64,000 nucleotides of DNA from Planctomycetota bacterium (GTDB taxonomy: Bacteria; Planctomycetota; Phycisphaerae; WQYP01). The notes below the pieces were generated by a model, which was not told the DNA's origin, did not search any database, and saw only the letters and a program-made list of their open reading frames with translations. Each line of letters opens with the position of its first letter. Position 1 is the stretch's first letter. A program made the position numbers and the translations under genes. The stretch covers positions 17,410-81,409 of the forward strand of contig JAKAVA010000045.1 of NCBI GenBank assembly GCA_021827645.1. Reading direction: 5' to 3'. Below are positions 9,027 through 18,350 of the stretch, piece after piece.

Positions 9027-10310
9027 CTACAGCGCCATGATCGGCGGGGCGTAGGTCGGATATAAAAATCCCGCCCCATGATCCCGATGTGGGCGAACCA
9101 ATCGAGTGGACGGCAGAACGGAAAAACTTGCCGCATCACCTCGAAAATAGAGCGACGAATCCCCGGCGCTCAACCCGACATGGAGTGAATATACTCCCCC
9201 CGCCAGTGGAAGGTTGAAATCGGCAACGAATCGGTGTGGTCCTGGCCTGACCGCTGTCGGCGGCGACCATAAAGTGCTGATGGCAACACCGTCCGGTGTC
9301 GCCAGACCGACGCCCGCCACTAAATTATCAGTTGACTCGAGAACCTGAAAATCAAATTCCGCGCGCCAAGTTTCTCCCACATCGAATTTGACTCGCGGCG
9401 AGCCCGACTCATCCAAGACGGAAAGCTGCACACCTACGGCGGCGGAGGGTTCCTGGGGCGCTGGCAACTCGACCACCGGCTCCGGCTCGTGGAGCTTTTC
9501 TTCCGCCAGCGAAACCTTTGCCGCATATTCGCCGGTAATTTCCTCCGAAGTGCCCATCATCGTGCAGCGACCGTGCTCCAGCAGCAGGGCACGACTGCAG
9601 AGTTTATTAACCGATGAGAGGCCGTGACTTACAAACAGGATGGTCCGCCCCTCATCACGCGCCTTGGCCATGCGTTCCATGCACCGCCGTTGAAAGGCCA
9701 GATCCCCGACGGCAAGCACCTCATCGACAAGCATGATTTCCGGGTCAAGATGCGCCGAAACCGCAAACGCCAGCCGCGTATACATGCCGCTGGAATAATG
9801 CTTTACCGGCGTTTCGATGAATTCCTCCACGCCGGAAAACGCGACAATTTCATCAAACTTGCGGGCGACTTCCGCCCGCGACATACCGATGATGGCGCCG
9901 TTAAGAAAGATGTTTTCCCGCCCGGTGAGTTGCGGATGAAAGCCCGTACCGACCTCCAAAAGTGTCGCGATACGACCATGAAGGGTTGCCCGCCCCTCCG
10001 TCGGTCGAGTAATCCGGCTTAAGATTTTCAGCAAGGTGCTTTTGCCGGAACCGTTGGCTCCGATGATCCCGACGACTTCCCCACGCTTGATTTCAAAGGA
10101 CACATTGCGCAGTGCCCAGAATGTCTCGGATCCACCGAGGTGACGATGGGCCGTGTTGCCCCCCAACGCCAGCCATCGGCCGATGGTGTCGCGCAGGGTT
10201 GTCGGCCCACCGGCGGCGCCGCGTTGGTACCGTTTTCCCAGATTATCCGCGAGGATTACCGTCTCGGACAAGATTCCAGCTCCATATCTGCCCCCAAGAC
10301 GGAGCAGCAA
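9027..10310 (-). CDS. wzt: polysaccharide ABC exporter ATP-binding protein (Wzt/TagH type) with ~170-aa C-terminal extension
   Basis: Walker A GANGSGKST, signature YSSGMYTRLAF, Walker B MLVDEVLAVGD, and TLLEVGTGFHPQLTGRENI typical of Wzt/TagH. The start lies 7 nt after the wzm stop. A non-NBD C-terminal domain is encoded at about 9027..9533. Confidence 0.88.
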   Translation of the reverse strand: MLLRLGGRYGAGILSETVILADNLGKRYQRGAAGGPTTLRDTIGRWLALGGNTAHRHLGGSETFWALRNVSFEIKRGEVVGIIGANGSGKSTLLKILSRITRPTEGRATLHGRIATLLEVGTGFHPQLTGRENIFLNGAIIGMSRAEVARKFDEIVAFSGVEEFIETPVKHYSSGMYTRLAFAVSAHLDPEIMLVDEVLAVGDLAFQRRCMERMAKARDEGRTILFVSHGLSSVNKLCSRALLLEHGRCTMMGTSEEITGEYAAKVSLAEEKLHEPEPVVELPAPQEPSAAVGVQLSVLDESGSPRVKFDVGETWRAEFDFQVLESTDNLVAGVGLATPDGVAISTLWSPPTAVRPGPHRFVADFNLPLAGGVYSLHVGLSAGDSSLYFRGDAASFSVLPSTRLVRPHRDHGAGFLYPTYAPPIMAL

Positions 10311-10316
10311 AAAAGG

Positions 10317-11162
10317 TCAGACAAAATCGGCAAATAAGTCCGCCTGTTTCTTGTAAAAATAGGCGCTTGATACCAGAAGCACCAAAACCCCCACCAAAGA
10401 CAGCACGGACGGCAGAGGAATAGGCGGCGCCATTCCGAGGATAATCCATCGCGAAAATTCTACAATCACGGCCACCGGATTGAGAGTGTAGATGAAGTAC
10501 AACCAGTGTGGAGCGCTGGCTCGGACCAGCGAAAGCGGATAGGCGATCGGCGTTAAAAACAACCACACCTGAATAATCAGCGGCACCAGCAGGCCGAAAT
10601 CCCGAAACCGGGTGTTCAGTGCCGCAATCCACGTGCCCACCGCAAAAGACGAGAGCATCGCAAGAAGCATGAGCGCCGGCAAGAGAAAAATTCTGGGCCC
10701 CGGCACAAAGTGGTACCATGCCATCAACCCAAGCAGAACCAGAAAACCGAAACAGAAATCGATGGTTCCCGCCACGACCGCCGCCAGCGGCAGAATCAGC
10801 CGCGGAAAATAAACCTTCGTCACCAGGCTTTGGTCCGTTACCACACTCTGGCTGATCCGCGTGAGGCAACTGGCAAACAATTGCCACGGCAGAAGCGCGG
10901 TGAAGGCGAAAAGAGGATACGGCGTATGACCGGTTTTGACCTGGGCGATCTTGCTGAAGACGATCGTCATGATCAGCATCGTCACCAATGGTTGCAGCAC
11001 CGCCCACAGTACGCCCAATATGGTCTGCCGATACCTCACTTTGATATCGCGCATCGCCAGAAAGTAGAGCATGCCTCGCGCGCCCCAGAGTTCGCTGAGA
11101 TTCAGCGGCTCCAATGCTCGGGTTGGAACAATTTCAACAGTCGGAATCTGACTTGACGCCAT
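10317..11162 (-). CDS. wzm: ABC-2 type polysaccharide exporter permease
   Basis: LWGARGMLYFLAMRDIKVRYRQTILGVLWAVLQPL followed by six hydrophobic segments. Position immediately upstream of wzt. Confidence 0.88.
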   Translation of the reverse strand: MASSQIPTVEIVPTRALEPLNLSELWGARGMLYFLAMRDIKVRYRQTILGVLWAVLQPLVTMLIMTIVFSKIAQVKTGHTPYPLFAFTALLPWQLFASCLTRISQSVVTDQSLVTKVYFPRLILPLAAVVAGTIDFCFGFLVLLGLMAWYHFVPGPRIFLLPALMLLAMLSSFAVGTWIAALNTRFRDFGLLVPLIIQVWLFLTPIAYPLSLVRASAPHWLYFIYTLNPVAVIVEFSRWIILGMAPPIPLPSVLSLVGVLVLLVSSAYFYKKQADLFADFV

Positions 11163-11261
11163 CGTCGCGATTTTTACCCCATATGGCCGCGTCAGTTTTC
11201 CTGCTTGCGGCTGGCCCTGCGGATGCTCATTTCACGCCTCCTCCGCAGCACAAATTCTAAC

Positions 11262-12116
11262 TCAGTTCACCATTTTGTGCGCGCCAAGCAGCCCCTGCCA
11301 TCGCCCCCTGAGAGACTTTTGGTAATACCGGCTCCGGCCCCACTGCCCCTGCAAACCCGCAAGCACTGCGCCGCAGGCCGGCCGCAGCAACACCAGCGCC
11401 TTTTCATCCAGCGGACGCCGATGTTTGGCCATAACTCTTCCCAGTCCGCGACCGTAGGCCAATGATCGAGCACCGGCCGCCGCGTCGAAACCATTCATCG
11501 GATTTGCATGCCCCACCAGCAGTTCCGGCAGGTAGTCGATGTCCACCCCATTCGAGAGCAATCGCAGCACCAGATCGGTTTCCTCGCCGGACCCCCACGG
11601 ACTCCCGCTGCCTGCACCAAGACTTTCGTCAAATCCGCCCACCTTCATCATGTCTTGACGGCGAATAAATAACCCGATTGACACCGCACGCCGCCAAACA
11701 TTACGTGGTGATATACGACCCGGCTCGCGGGGCCAATTTTGTACCGAAGGCCTTGCGTCGCCGTCACAGCACGCGACTGAAAGTCCACCGATATCCGCAC
11801 GGTCCTGCAACCATGCGTTGATGCGGGAGAGCGTCTGCGGCAGGTACCAGCAATCGTCATCCGGAAATGCGACCACATCCCCCCGAGCCAACGCCAACGC
11901 ATCATTCCGCGCCGCCGAGAGGCCCTGCCGCGACCGACAGTGCCGCACATGCAAGCCACCGGCATATCGTTCCACCAGCGGCATCACCCGCTGATCTGAA
12001 TTCTGATCGGCAATGATCACTTCGAAATCCGTGTAGCGCTGTTCGCCAAGCGACTTAAGAAGCCGATCGAGCGTCTCCACACGGTTGATCGTCGCCACAA
12101 TCAATGAAAACTGCAA
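11262..12116 (-). CDS. family 2 glycosyltransferase
   Basis: MQFSLIVATINRVETLDRLLKSLGEQRYTDFEVIIADQNSDQ..., AFPDDDCWY (DxD), GFDESLG. Confidence 0.8.
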   Translation of the reverse strand: MQFSLIVATINRVETLDRLLKSLGEQRYTDFEVIIADQNSDQRVMPLVERYAGGLHVRHCRSRQGLSAARNDALALARGDVVAFPDDDCWYLPQTLSRINAWLQDRADIGGLSVACCDGDARPSVQNWPREPGRISPRNVWRRAVSIGLFIRRQDMMKVGGFDESLGAGSGSPWGSGEETDLVLRLLSNGVDIDYLPELLVGHANPMNGFDAAAGARSLAYGRGLGRVMAKHRRPLDEKALVLLRPACGAVLAGLQGQWGRSRYYQKSLRGRWQGLLGAHKMVN

Positions 12117-12187
12117 ATGGGTTCACCTCACGCAGGCGCTCATCACATCGCCATGCCACCAATCCGGTACGATGATAATATACTCTT

Positions 12188-13171
12188 ATGCCTGAGCCAC
12201 CTGTCAGCGTCCTGCTTCCGGTTTTCAATGCCGCCGAATTTCTTCCCGCGGCCGTTGCCAGCATCACCGCCCAGTCACTGACGGAAATCCAGATCGTCAT
12301 CATCAATGACGGCTCCACCGATGCAAGTGCGGACATTCTCAGAAACTGTGCGCGACAGGATTCGCGAATTGAATTGCACCAGCGGCCCAATCGCGGTCTG
12401 GTCGCCACGCTCAATGAGGGGATAGGTCTGTGCCACGGAGAATTTATCGCCCGAATGGATGCCGACGATATCTCATTGCCTCTGAGGCTGGAAAAACAGC
12501 TCAACCACATGCGAGCTCATCCACGAACCGTTGCGCTGGGTACCGCCATTGAATATCTGGGCCCCGATGGACTCACGGCCGTGCGAACGTTTCCGCTACA
12601 ACAATCCGCCGCCGTAAAGCATGAATTGCAAAGACGCAACTGTATCTCGCACCCGACCGTGATGATCCGCAAAACCGCGCTTCAAACCGTCGGGGGTTAT
12701 CGCCCCCAATATCCACACGCCGAGGATTACGACCTGTGGCTGAGATTGCGACCTCTGGGTGATATTGAAAATTTACCTGATGTGCATCTCCAATACCGTA
12801 TTCACGGCAATCAGATCAGTGCAAAACATCTGTGGTTGCAGGCCCTTTCCGTTGCCGCAGCCCGACTGAACATTACACTCAATCAATTACCTGCCGTTGC
12901 GGCGGAGGAATCGATCCTCGATACCGTTACCGGGTGGGCGGCGCTGCTGATCAAAACCGGTCAGATCGACGCGGCATGCGATCTCATCGCGGATGAAAAT
13001 CTGTTTTACGTTCCCACCCTGCGCAGGCAAGCCTCCGCACGCCGCCATTGGCTGGACGCCCGCTTGCGGTGGGCCACTCATCGCCCAGTATCAGCCGCCG
13101 CTGCCACCGTGATGGGCTTTCTAAGGGACCCGGCGCTGGCGGTTGAGCTCATCGTTAGATTGTTAAAGTGA
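12188..13171 (+). CDS. family 2 glycosyltransferase (third member of the 4512/5566 paralog group)
   Basis: VSVLLPVFNAAEFLPAAVASITAQSLTEIQIVIINDGSTDAS, ARMDADDISLPLR, HPTVMIRKTALQTVGGYRPQYPHAEDYDLWLRL. Confidence 0.85.
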   Translation: MPEPPVSVLLPVFNAAEFLPAAVASITAQSLTEIQIVIINDGSTDASADILRNCARQDSRIELHQRPNRGLVATLNEGIGLCHGEFIARMDADDISLPLRLEKQLNHMRAHPRTVALGTAIEYLGPDGLTAVRTFPLQQSAAVKHELQRRNCISHPTVMIRKTALQTVGGYRPQYPHAEDYDLWLRLRPLGDIENLPDVHLQYRIHGNQISAKHLWLQALSVAAARLNITLNQLPAVAAEESILDTVTGWAALLIKTGQIDAACDLIADENLFYVPTLRRQASARRHWLDARLRWATHRPVSAAAATVMGFLRDPALAVELIVRLLK

Positions 13172-13294
13172 ATATCAGCGGTGGTGTCGCGTGGCTGCGG
13201 TTTTGGCGATTCATCACTCGTAAGCGACGGCGTAACGCCGACGAGCAATTCGCCTTTCCGTATTAACCGGTTGGCAAATCTGGCGCCGCGGGGC

Positions 13295-14251
13295 CTATGC
13301 CTTACCGAAGTCGCCATAGCCGCGGTGGTGGCCCACGGTACGAATTAGCCAATAACGCGGGGGTTCGTATGTCGCCTCTGCCGTGAACGGCGGTGAAAAT
13401 TTTCCCGCCACCAAATCGTCGCGAACAAGAAATGCGTTTACACCGTGGAGGTCGCAGCCAACCAACGAGTATCCTTTCGATTTTCCCATAAGTTCGAAGG
13501 CCTTGAGACTAGCGCCGAAATAAAAGGATCCCTTGTACCATCGGTTGCTCTCGTAGCGCACTTTCCAATCAAGCGATGGTGGCATTGTCGCGTTGTACTC
13601 CACCACTACAGCTCGAGGCCGAATCACTCCAAGCAGTGCATCCAAAATGTAATAGGTGTTCTGATCAATATCAACCGAAAGAAGATCGATCTCGCCCAAA
13701 AATCCAGCAGAATGAACCAAGGCAGCCACGTTTTCGGCCGTAACCAGCGATTCGACAAACAGAAGATCACCGGTGGATATTGGGCGAGAAAACTCCCGCC
13801 GAATCGCAATTGCGCACTCTGGCGCCCCGTCGATCCAAAGCCCCTTCCACCCCTGCGAAAGGAGGAATGTGGTGTTATTTTCGAGTCCGTTGCCCACGCC
13901 GACTTCGACGAAAGTTTTTTCACCATGTCCAACCCGCCTGAATATTTCTGTGATGATGCCATCCTCGCCGTTCTGAGAATAAACTTGCCATTCAAAATGT
14001 GCGAGATGCGTTGGATCATGGTAGCGTGGTGACTGTAGAAGCCTTTGTTCGAAGACCTCCTGGTCCGACCGGGCGAGCAATTCCAATCTTGCCGAGATGG
14101 TGTCGAGTTTCCCCCAAAAGGGGTCAAACTTTCCCCAAAAAGCGTCCATCCGTCCCAAGATTGCGTCCAACCGTTGAAGAACTTCGCTAGGGAGGGCGTA
14201 AAGACGGCCTAGTAAACGAAATGGACGCCTGATATATGAAATGAGTTTCAC
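13295..14251 (-). CDS. SAM-dependent methyltransferase-like protein (FkbM/Methyltransf_21-like)
   Basis: YSQNGEDGIITEIFRRVGHGEKTFVEVGVGNGLENNTTFLLSQGWKGLWIDG resembles the SQxGED...VGxxxG N-terminus of FkbM-type methyltransferases in glycan loci. Noticeably lower GC than its neighbours. Confidence 0.5.
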   Translation of the reverse strand: MKLISYIRRPFRLLGRLYALPSEVLQRLDAILGRMDAFWGKFDPFWGKLDTISARLELLARSDQEVFEQRLLQSPRYHDPTHLAHFEWQVYSQNGEDGIITEIFRRVGHGEKTFVEVGVGNGLENNTTFLLSQGWKGLWIDGAPECAIAIRREFSRPISTGDLLFVESLVTAENVAALVHSAGFLGEIDLLSVDIDQNTYYILDALLGVIRPRAVVVEYNATMPPSLDWKVRYESNRWYKGSFYFGASLKAFELMGKSKGYSLVGCDLHGVNAFLVRDDLVAGKFSPPFTAEATYEPPRYWLIRTVGHHRGYGDFGKA

Positions 14252-14560
14252 TTTTTACGCCCTTTTACTGCCGCCAGAACATGCTTTTGACACACCTAAT
14301 AAGGCTAGGAGTATATCCTTGTCCCGAAAAATTGCCACCCTAGGAGAACCTACCGCATGCCCAAATTCATGTCGGTGTCTCGCGAGTAAAACTGTCAAGC
14401 TTGGGCACAGGACCGTCATCTGGCTGCGATCACGGAGGCACTCCAAGCCGCTGCGGGCGATCCCGGTCTGCCGGTGGAACTATTCATCCGATTCATCAGC
14501 CGCAGAAGAAAACGCTGGCCAAACTTGCCATCCAACTGAAAGAGGACATGATAGCCGGCT

Positions 14561-16060
14561 ATGGATAAGCCTCGATCAGCCTCTGCCACCTTAATACGCC
14601 TCTATTGTGGATCGGCAAACCCAAATACAGGCAGACATGCCGCCCGACGCATGGCAGCCGCCCTTCTCATCGCTATCGGCGGCGGCATGCTCGCCTTTCT
14701 GGCGATCCGCATCCTCGCCGCGGTACCATCGGAGCAAAACATTCGGCCACCGACATGGTTGTGGTGTGCACCATTTATCATTCTCCTTTCCGCCATTGCA
14801 TGGTTACCCTGGAAATGGCCGCGTTTCTGGGATTGGATCGGTTTTCCCGTATCCGCGGGACTGGCATTACTGATTATAGCGGCCTATGGAATGCGGCTTC
14901 ATACCCTGAGCCCGATTGCCAACAATATCAGCGCCTATGTGCAATTCATGGCAGTGATTGCTGCGTTTTACTGCGTCTGCAGCAATCTGCGCATCAACTT
15001 GCGCTGCCGGCCGACACCGGCCAATAATATCCTCCTGCTGCTGGTTGCCGCCGCCATGGCCAATGTCATCGGCACCTGCGGCGCCACCATGCTGCTCATC
15101 GGCCCCTTCCTTAATATGAATCGTCGGCATCTCTCACCCATGCACATTTTTTTCTTTGTCGCCGTCGTCGCCAACATCGGTGGATTGCTCACCCCGCTGG
15201 GTGATCCACCTCTCATGGCGGGCTATCTTTACGGTGTGCCCTTCTGGTGGATGCTGATGCACGCATGGCCGATGTGGTGCGTCTCGATGGGTTTTCTTCT
15301 GTCGATATTTTATTGGCTGCAGCGCCGGAATATCGAAAATGCGGACCTGCCGCCACCGTCGCCCGGCCCGGCCGTGGTGGAAATTGAAAATTTCTGGCTC
15401 CTCGTACCCCTCGCGTTTTGCATCACCGCTCTATTTCTTCCAGCTCCTTTGCGAGTGGGCATTCTCACGGCTGTTGCGGTTGGCGTCGCTATTCTATTTC
15501 GCCGCACCGGCTTGGTGGGACTGGGCGCCCATCATTCTGAAGCGCTGCCTGCCATTGGCTACGGACCGCTGCGCGAGATGGCATCGCTGTTTCTGGGACT
15601 GTTCATCACCATGACTCCGGTGCTGGCTATGATCGGCCATCTACCGCCAGCCGCGAGGCGGATCATCGGCACGCCGGCGGAATATTTTCTCGCCGTCGGA
15701 GCTGCCTCAAGCGCGCTGGACAACACGCCCACTTATATTGCTGGCTTGCAACTGAAGGTCGCGGCCAGCGAGCATGTGCGACGCCCAAGCCGACCGCTGG
15801 TGATGCCATCCAAGCGGATCACTGCACTCGCCGCCCACCCCGACAGTACTCCGTATCTGCTGGGCATTGCCATGGGGGCCGTTATGTTTGGAGCCATGAC
15901 GTGGATTGGCAACGGCCCGAATCTGTTGGTGGAAATGATCGCCCGGCGGCAGGGAATTGAGCCTCCGAGTTTTGGCGGCTACGTGTTTCGCTACTCCATT
16001 CCCATTCTGCTACCCCTGATGGCCGTCATGGCCGGCTGGTTATGGTTGTTGGGCGGCTAA
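14561..16060 (+). CDS. polytopic ion transporter, ArsB/NhaD/CitMHS-like permease superfamily
   Basis: About 12 hydrophobic segments. AASSALDNTPTYIAG and GNGPNLLV motifs resemble ArsB/NhaD-type permeases. The likely true start is ATG 14651 (MAAALLIAIGGG...). Confidence 0.6.
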   Translation: MDKPRSASATLIRLYCGSANPNTGRHAARRMAAALLIAIGGGMLAFLAIRILAAVPSEQNIRPPTWLWCAPFIILLSAIAWLPWKWPRFWDWIGFPVSAGLALLIIAAYGMRLHTLSPIANNISAYVQFMAVIAAFYCVCSNLRINLRCRPTPANNILLLLVAAAMANVIGTCGATMLLIGPFLNMNRRHLSPMHIFFFVAVVANIGGLLTPLGDPPLMAGYLYGVPFWWMLMHAWPMWCVSMGFLLSIFYWLQRRNIENADLPPPSPGPAVVEIENFWLLVPLAFCITALFLPAPLRVGILTAVAVGVAILFRRTGLVGLGAHHSEALPAIGYGPLREMASLFLGLFITMTPVLAMIGHLPPAARRIIGTPAEYFLAVGAASSALDNTPTYIAGLQLKVAASEHVRRPSRPLVMPSKRITALAAHPDSTPYLLGIAMGAVMFGAMTWIGNGPNLLVEMIARRQGIEPPSFGGYVFRYSIPILLPLMAVMAGWLWLLGG

Positions 16061-16139
16061 AAACCATACACGCCTCACTTCTCTGCCATCAGGCCTGTTC
16101 TCAAGATTTGTATCACGCAACGTCATAGAATAGTTCGTC

Positions 16140-16985
16140 ATGAAGGAGATTCCGATGCAGGGAAGTGCGGACGGATGTTGGCAAATAGGTTGCGTATCGT
16201 ATCTGAATTCCAAACCGCTTATTCAGCCGATGGTACAGCGGAGCGACTGCCGCGTGCATTTTGCGGTACCTTCGGCCTTACTCGCCATGCTGGAGAGACG
16301 GACGGTTGCCGCCGCCCTTGCGCCGGTGGTCGATTATCAAACCAGCGAGTCGGAACTGATCTTGGTGCCAGCGGGCGGGATCTGCTGCGACGGCCCGACA
16401 CTCACGGTGCGCATATATTCGGCGGTCGAGGCGAAGCAAATCCGCCGACTTCATGCCGATACCGACAGTCACACCAGTGTGATATTGTCGCAGATCATTT
16501 TGCGCAAACGCTACGGAGTCGAACCGGAGGTGATTCCGATGTCGGCGGGACGGGCGGTGCCGCACGATGAGAATGACGCCCTGCTGCTGATCGGCGACAA
16601 GGTGGTCAATGCGGCGCCCAATCAATGGCAATACCCGGTTCAGTTGGATCTGGGTGAGCAATGGAAGCAGTTCACGGGCCTGCCGTTTGTATTTGCGATG
16701 TGGATGATGCGGGCGGATGCGGTGGATGAGAAATTGGCCCAGGTGCTTGCGGATGCCCGACGCAGGGGCTTGACGATGACGCACGAACTCGCCGAGCGCT
16801 ATGCCGCCGCGAGCGGATGGCCGGTAAGTCTGGCGGAACGATATTTCACAGAATACCTGAAATATGAGATCACAGCGGACAGGCGTCGGGGCCTTGCACT
16901 ATTTTACCAATATGCCCGCGAGCTCGGCCTGCTCAAGGCTGACCGGGAGATGCGCTATTTTGATTTGCCGGCAATGACGGGCTAG
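16140..16985 (+). CDS. mqnA: chorismate dehydratase (futalosine pathway)
   Basis: IGCVSYLNSKPLI, CCDGPTLTVRIYS, LLLIGDKVVNA, WKQFTGLPFVFAMWMMR. These collinear motifs match MqnA. ATG 16155 behind AAGGAG (16143..16148) is the probable start. Confidence 0.8.
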   Translation: MKEIPMQGSADGCWQIGCVSYLNSKPLIQPMVQRSDCRVHFAVPSALLAMLERRTVAAALAPVVDYQTSESELILVPAGGICCDGPTLTVRIYSAVEAKQIRRLHADTDSHTSVILSQIILRKRYGVEPEVIPMSAGRAVPHDENDALLLIGDKVVNAAPNQWQYPVQLDLGEQWKQFTGLPFVFAMWMMRADAVDEKLAQVLADARRRGLTMTHELAERYAAASGWPVSLAERYFTEYLKYEITADRRRGLALFYQYARELGLLKADREMRYFDLPAMTG

Positions 16986-17871
16986 CTGCCGGATGACCTG
17001 GACGGTTCGGTTCAACCACTTTCCAGGCCAGTCCCAGCATGCGCATGAGTCGAATGGTGAGATAGGTAATGTCAAATTCAAACCAGCGCATCCCATGCGC
17101 GGCGGATCTTTGCTGGGCGTGATGATTGTTGTGCCATCCCTCACCGAAGGACACGAGCGCGACCCACCAGTTGTTGCGGGAGTCGTCCGAGGTCTGAAAG
17201 TTTCGGTAGCCCCAGGTGTGGGCCGCGGAATTGACGAACCACGTCGCATGATAAAGCAGCACCACACGGAGGCAGCCGCCCCAAAGCACCCAGGATACCC
17301 CCCCCATCCAGTTGCCCAGCCAGAGCCATCCACCGGCAAACAAGGCAGCCGCCAGAAAGAATTGCGGCATATACCAGAAGCGGTCGATGAAGCAGAGGAC
17401 GGGATCGCGCTGAATGTCCTTGGTCAGATCGCGGGGATCAAAATCGCTGCGAGCTCGATGGACGATCCAGAGGAGATGCGACCAGGTAAATCCTTCGCGG
17501 GGCGAATGCGGGTCTTTGATGTCATCCGATTCGGTATGGTGTTGACGGTGAGTGCCGACCCATTGGATCGGCCCGCCCTGCCACGAGAGGCAGGCAAAGA
17601 TAGCCAGAAGATATTCAACGGGTTTATAGGTTGCGAAGCTACGATGCGTCAGGAGACGATGGTATCCAAGCGTAACGCCTAGCCCGCCGGTGATCCACGC
17701 CAGAATAAAAAAGACAATAAATGATGATAGATGGATGAAGACCGGCACAAAAGCCAAAACGGCGCCGATGTGCAGGAGTACGAAGACCGAAAAATAAAAC
17801 CAATCGAAAGCAACTACTTCTCCATCTCGAAGTTCGCGGTTGCGGAAATGTTTGATTTTAGCTGAGGTCAT
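16933..17871 (-). CDS. membrane acyl-CoA/acyl-lipid delta-9 fatty acid desaturase
   Basis: Three His boxes in canonical order: GYHRLLTHRSF, THRQHHTESD, GEGWHNNHHAQQ. Four TM segments. Confidence 0.9.
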   Translation of the reverse strand: MTSAKIKHFRNRELRDGEVVAFDWFYFSVFVLLHIGAVLAFVPVFIHLSSFIVFFILAWITGGLGVTLGYHRLLTHRSFATYKPVEYLLAIFACLSWQGGPIQWVGTHRQHHTESDDIKDPHSPREGFTWSHLLWIVHRARSDFDPRDLTKDIQRDPVLCFIDRFWYMPQFFLAAALFAGGWLWLGNWMGGVSWVLWGGCLRVVLLYHATWFVNSAAHTWGYRNFQTSDDSRNNWWVALVSFGEGWHNNHHAQQRSAAHGMRWFEFDITYLTIRLMRMLGLAWKVVEPNRPGHPAASPSLPANQNSASPGQP

Positions 17872-18350
17872 AGTCGCCTTGATAAAAATGGAGGTGCGGG
17901 CAGTTCTTCCCGAGGTGTATGCTACGCCGTAAACTCATGAGCAAGCTCCAACAACGGGAGGGGACTCGGGAGAGACACCCGACGGGCATCGAAATCCCTA
18001 AGCTACATTATACACCGATAGATGGATTAAGTCTTTTTATTTTTTGGGGGGGGATGGAAATTGGCAGGGCGGTTTGGGTTCTTCACCATGGCTGGCTTGC
18101 CGCTGAATGAAAATTCGGCTAGCTTTTCGTAAATAATCCGATGGGATAAATGGTCGGTGTCCGTCGGGGATTGATGGCGAGTGTGGTTTCGGGCCTGAAC
18201 CGAAGTGGTTTCTACGAAGAAGGGCGAAGCTTCACGAATGGGAAAAGAGGCGTACAAACAGTGACTCGGACAGCCCCTGCAACGTCATCTCCAAAAGAGA
18301 ATCACGAACGTATTGATAATCCGCATGAAGCTGGCGGCATATTGAACGAA

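Noticed and set aside
18150-18350. 67-codon N-terminal extension of the shc ORF.
   Set aside because: The extension has no SHC similarity. Starting at ATG 18351 gives 633 aa, matching typical SHC length and the conserved N-terminal helix (...QGYWVGELQGDSILESEYI).
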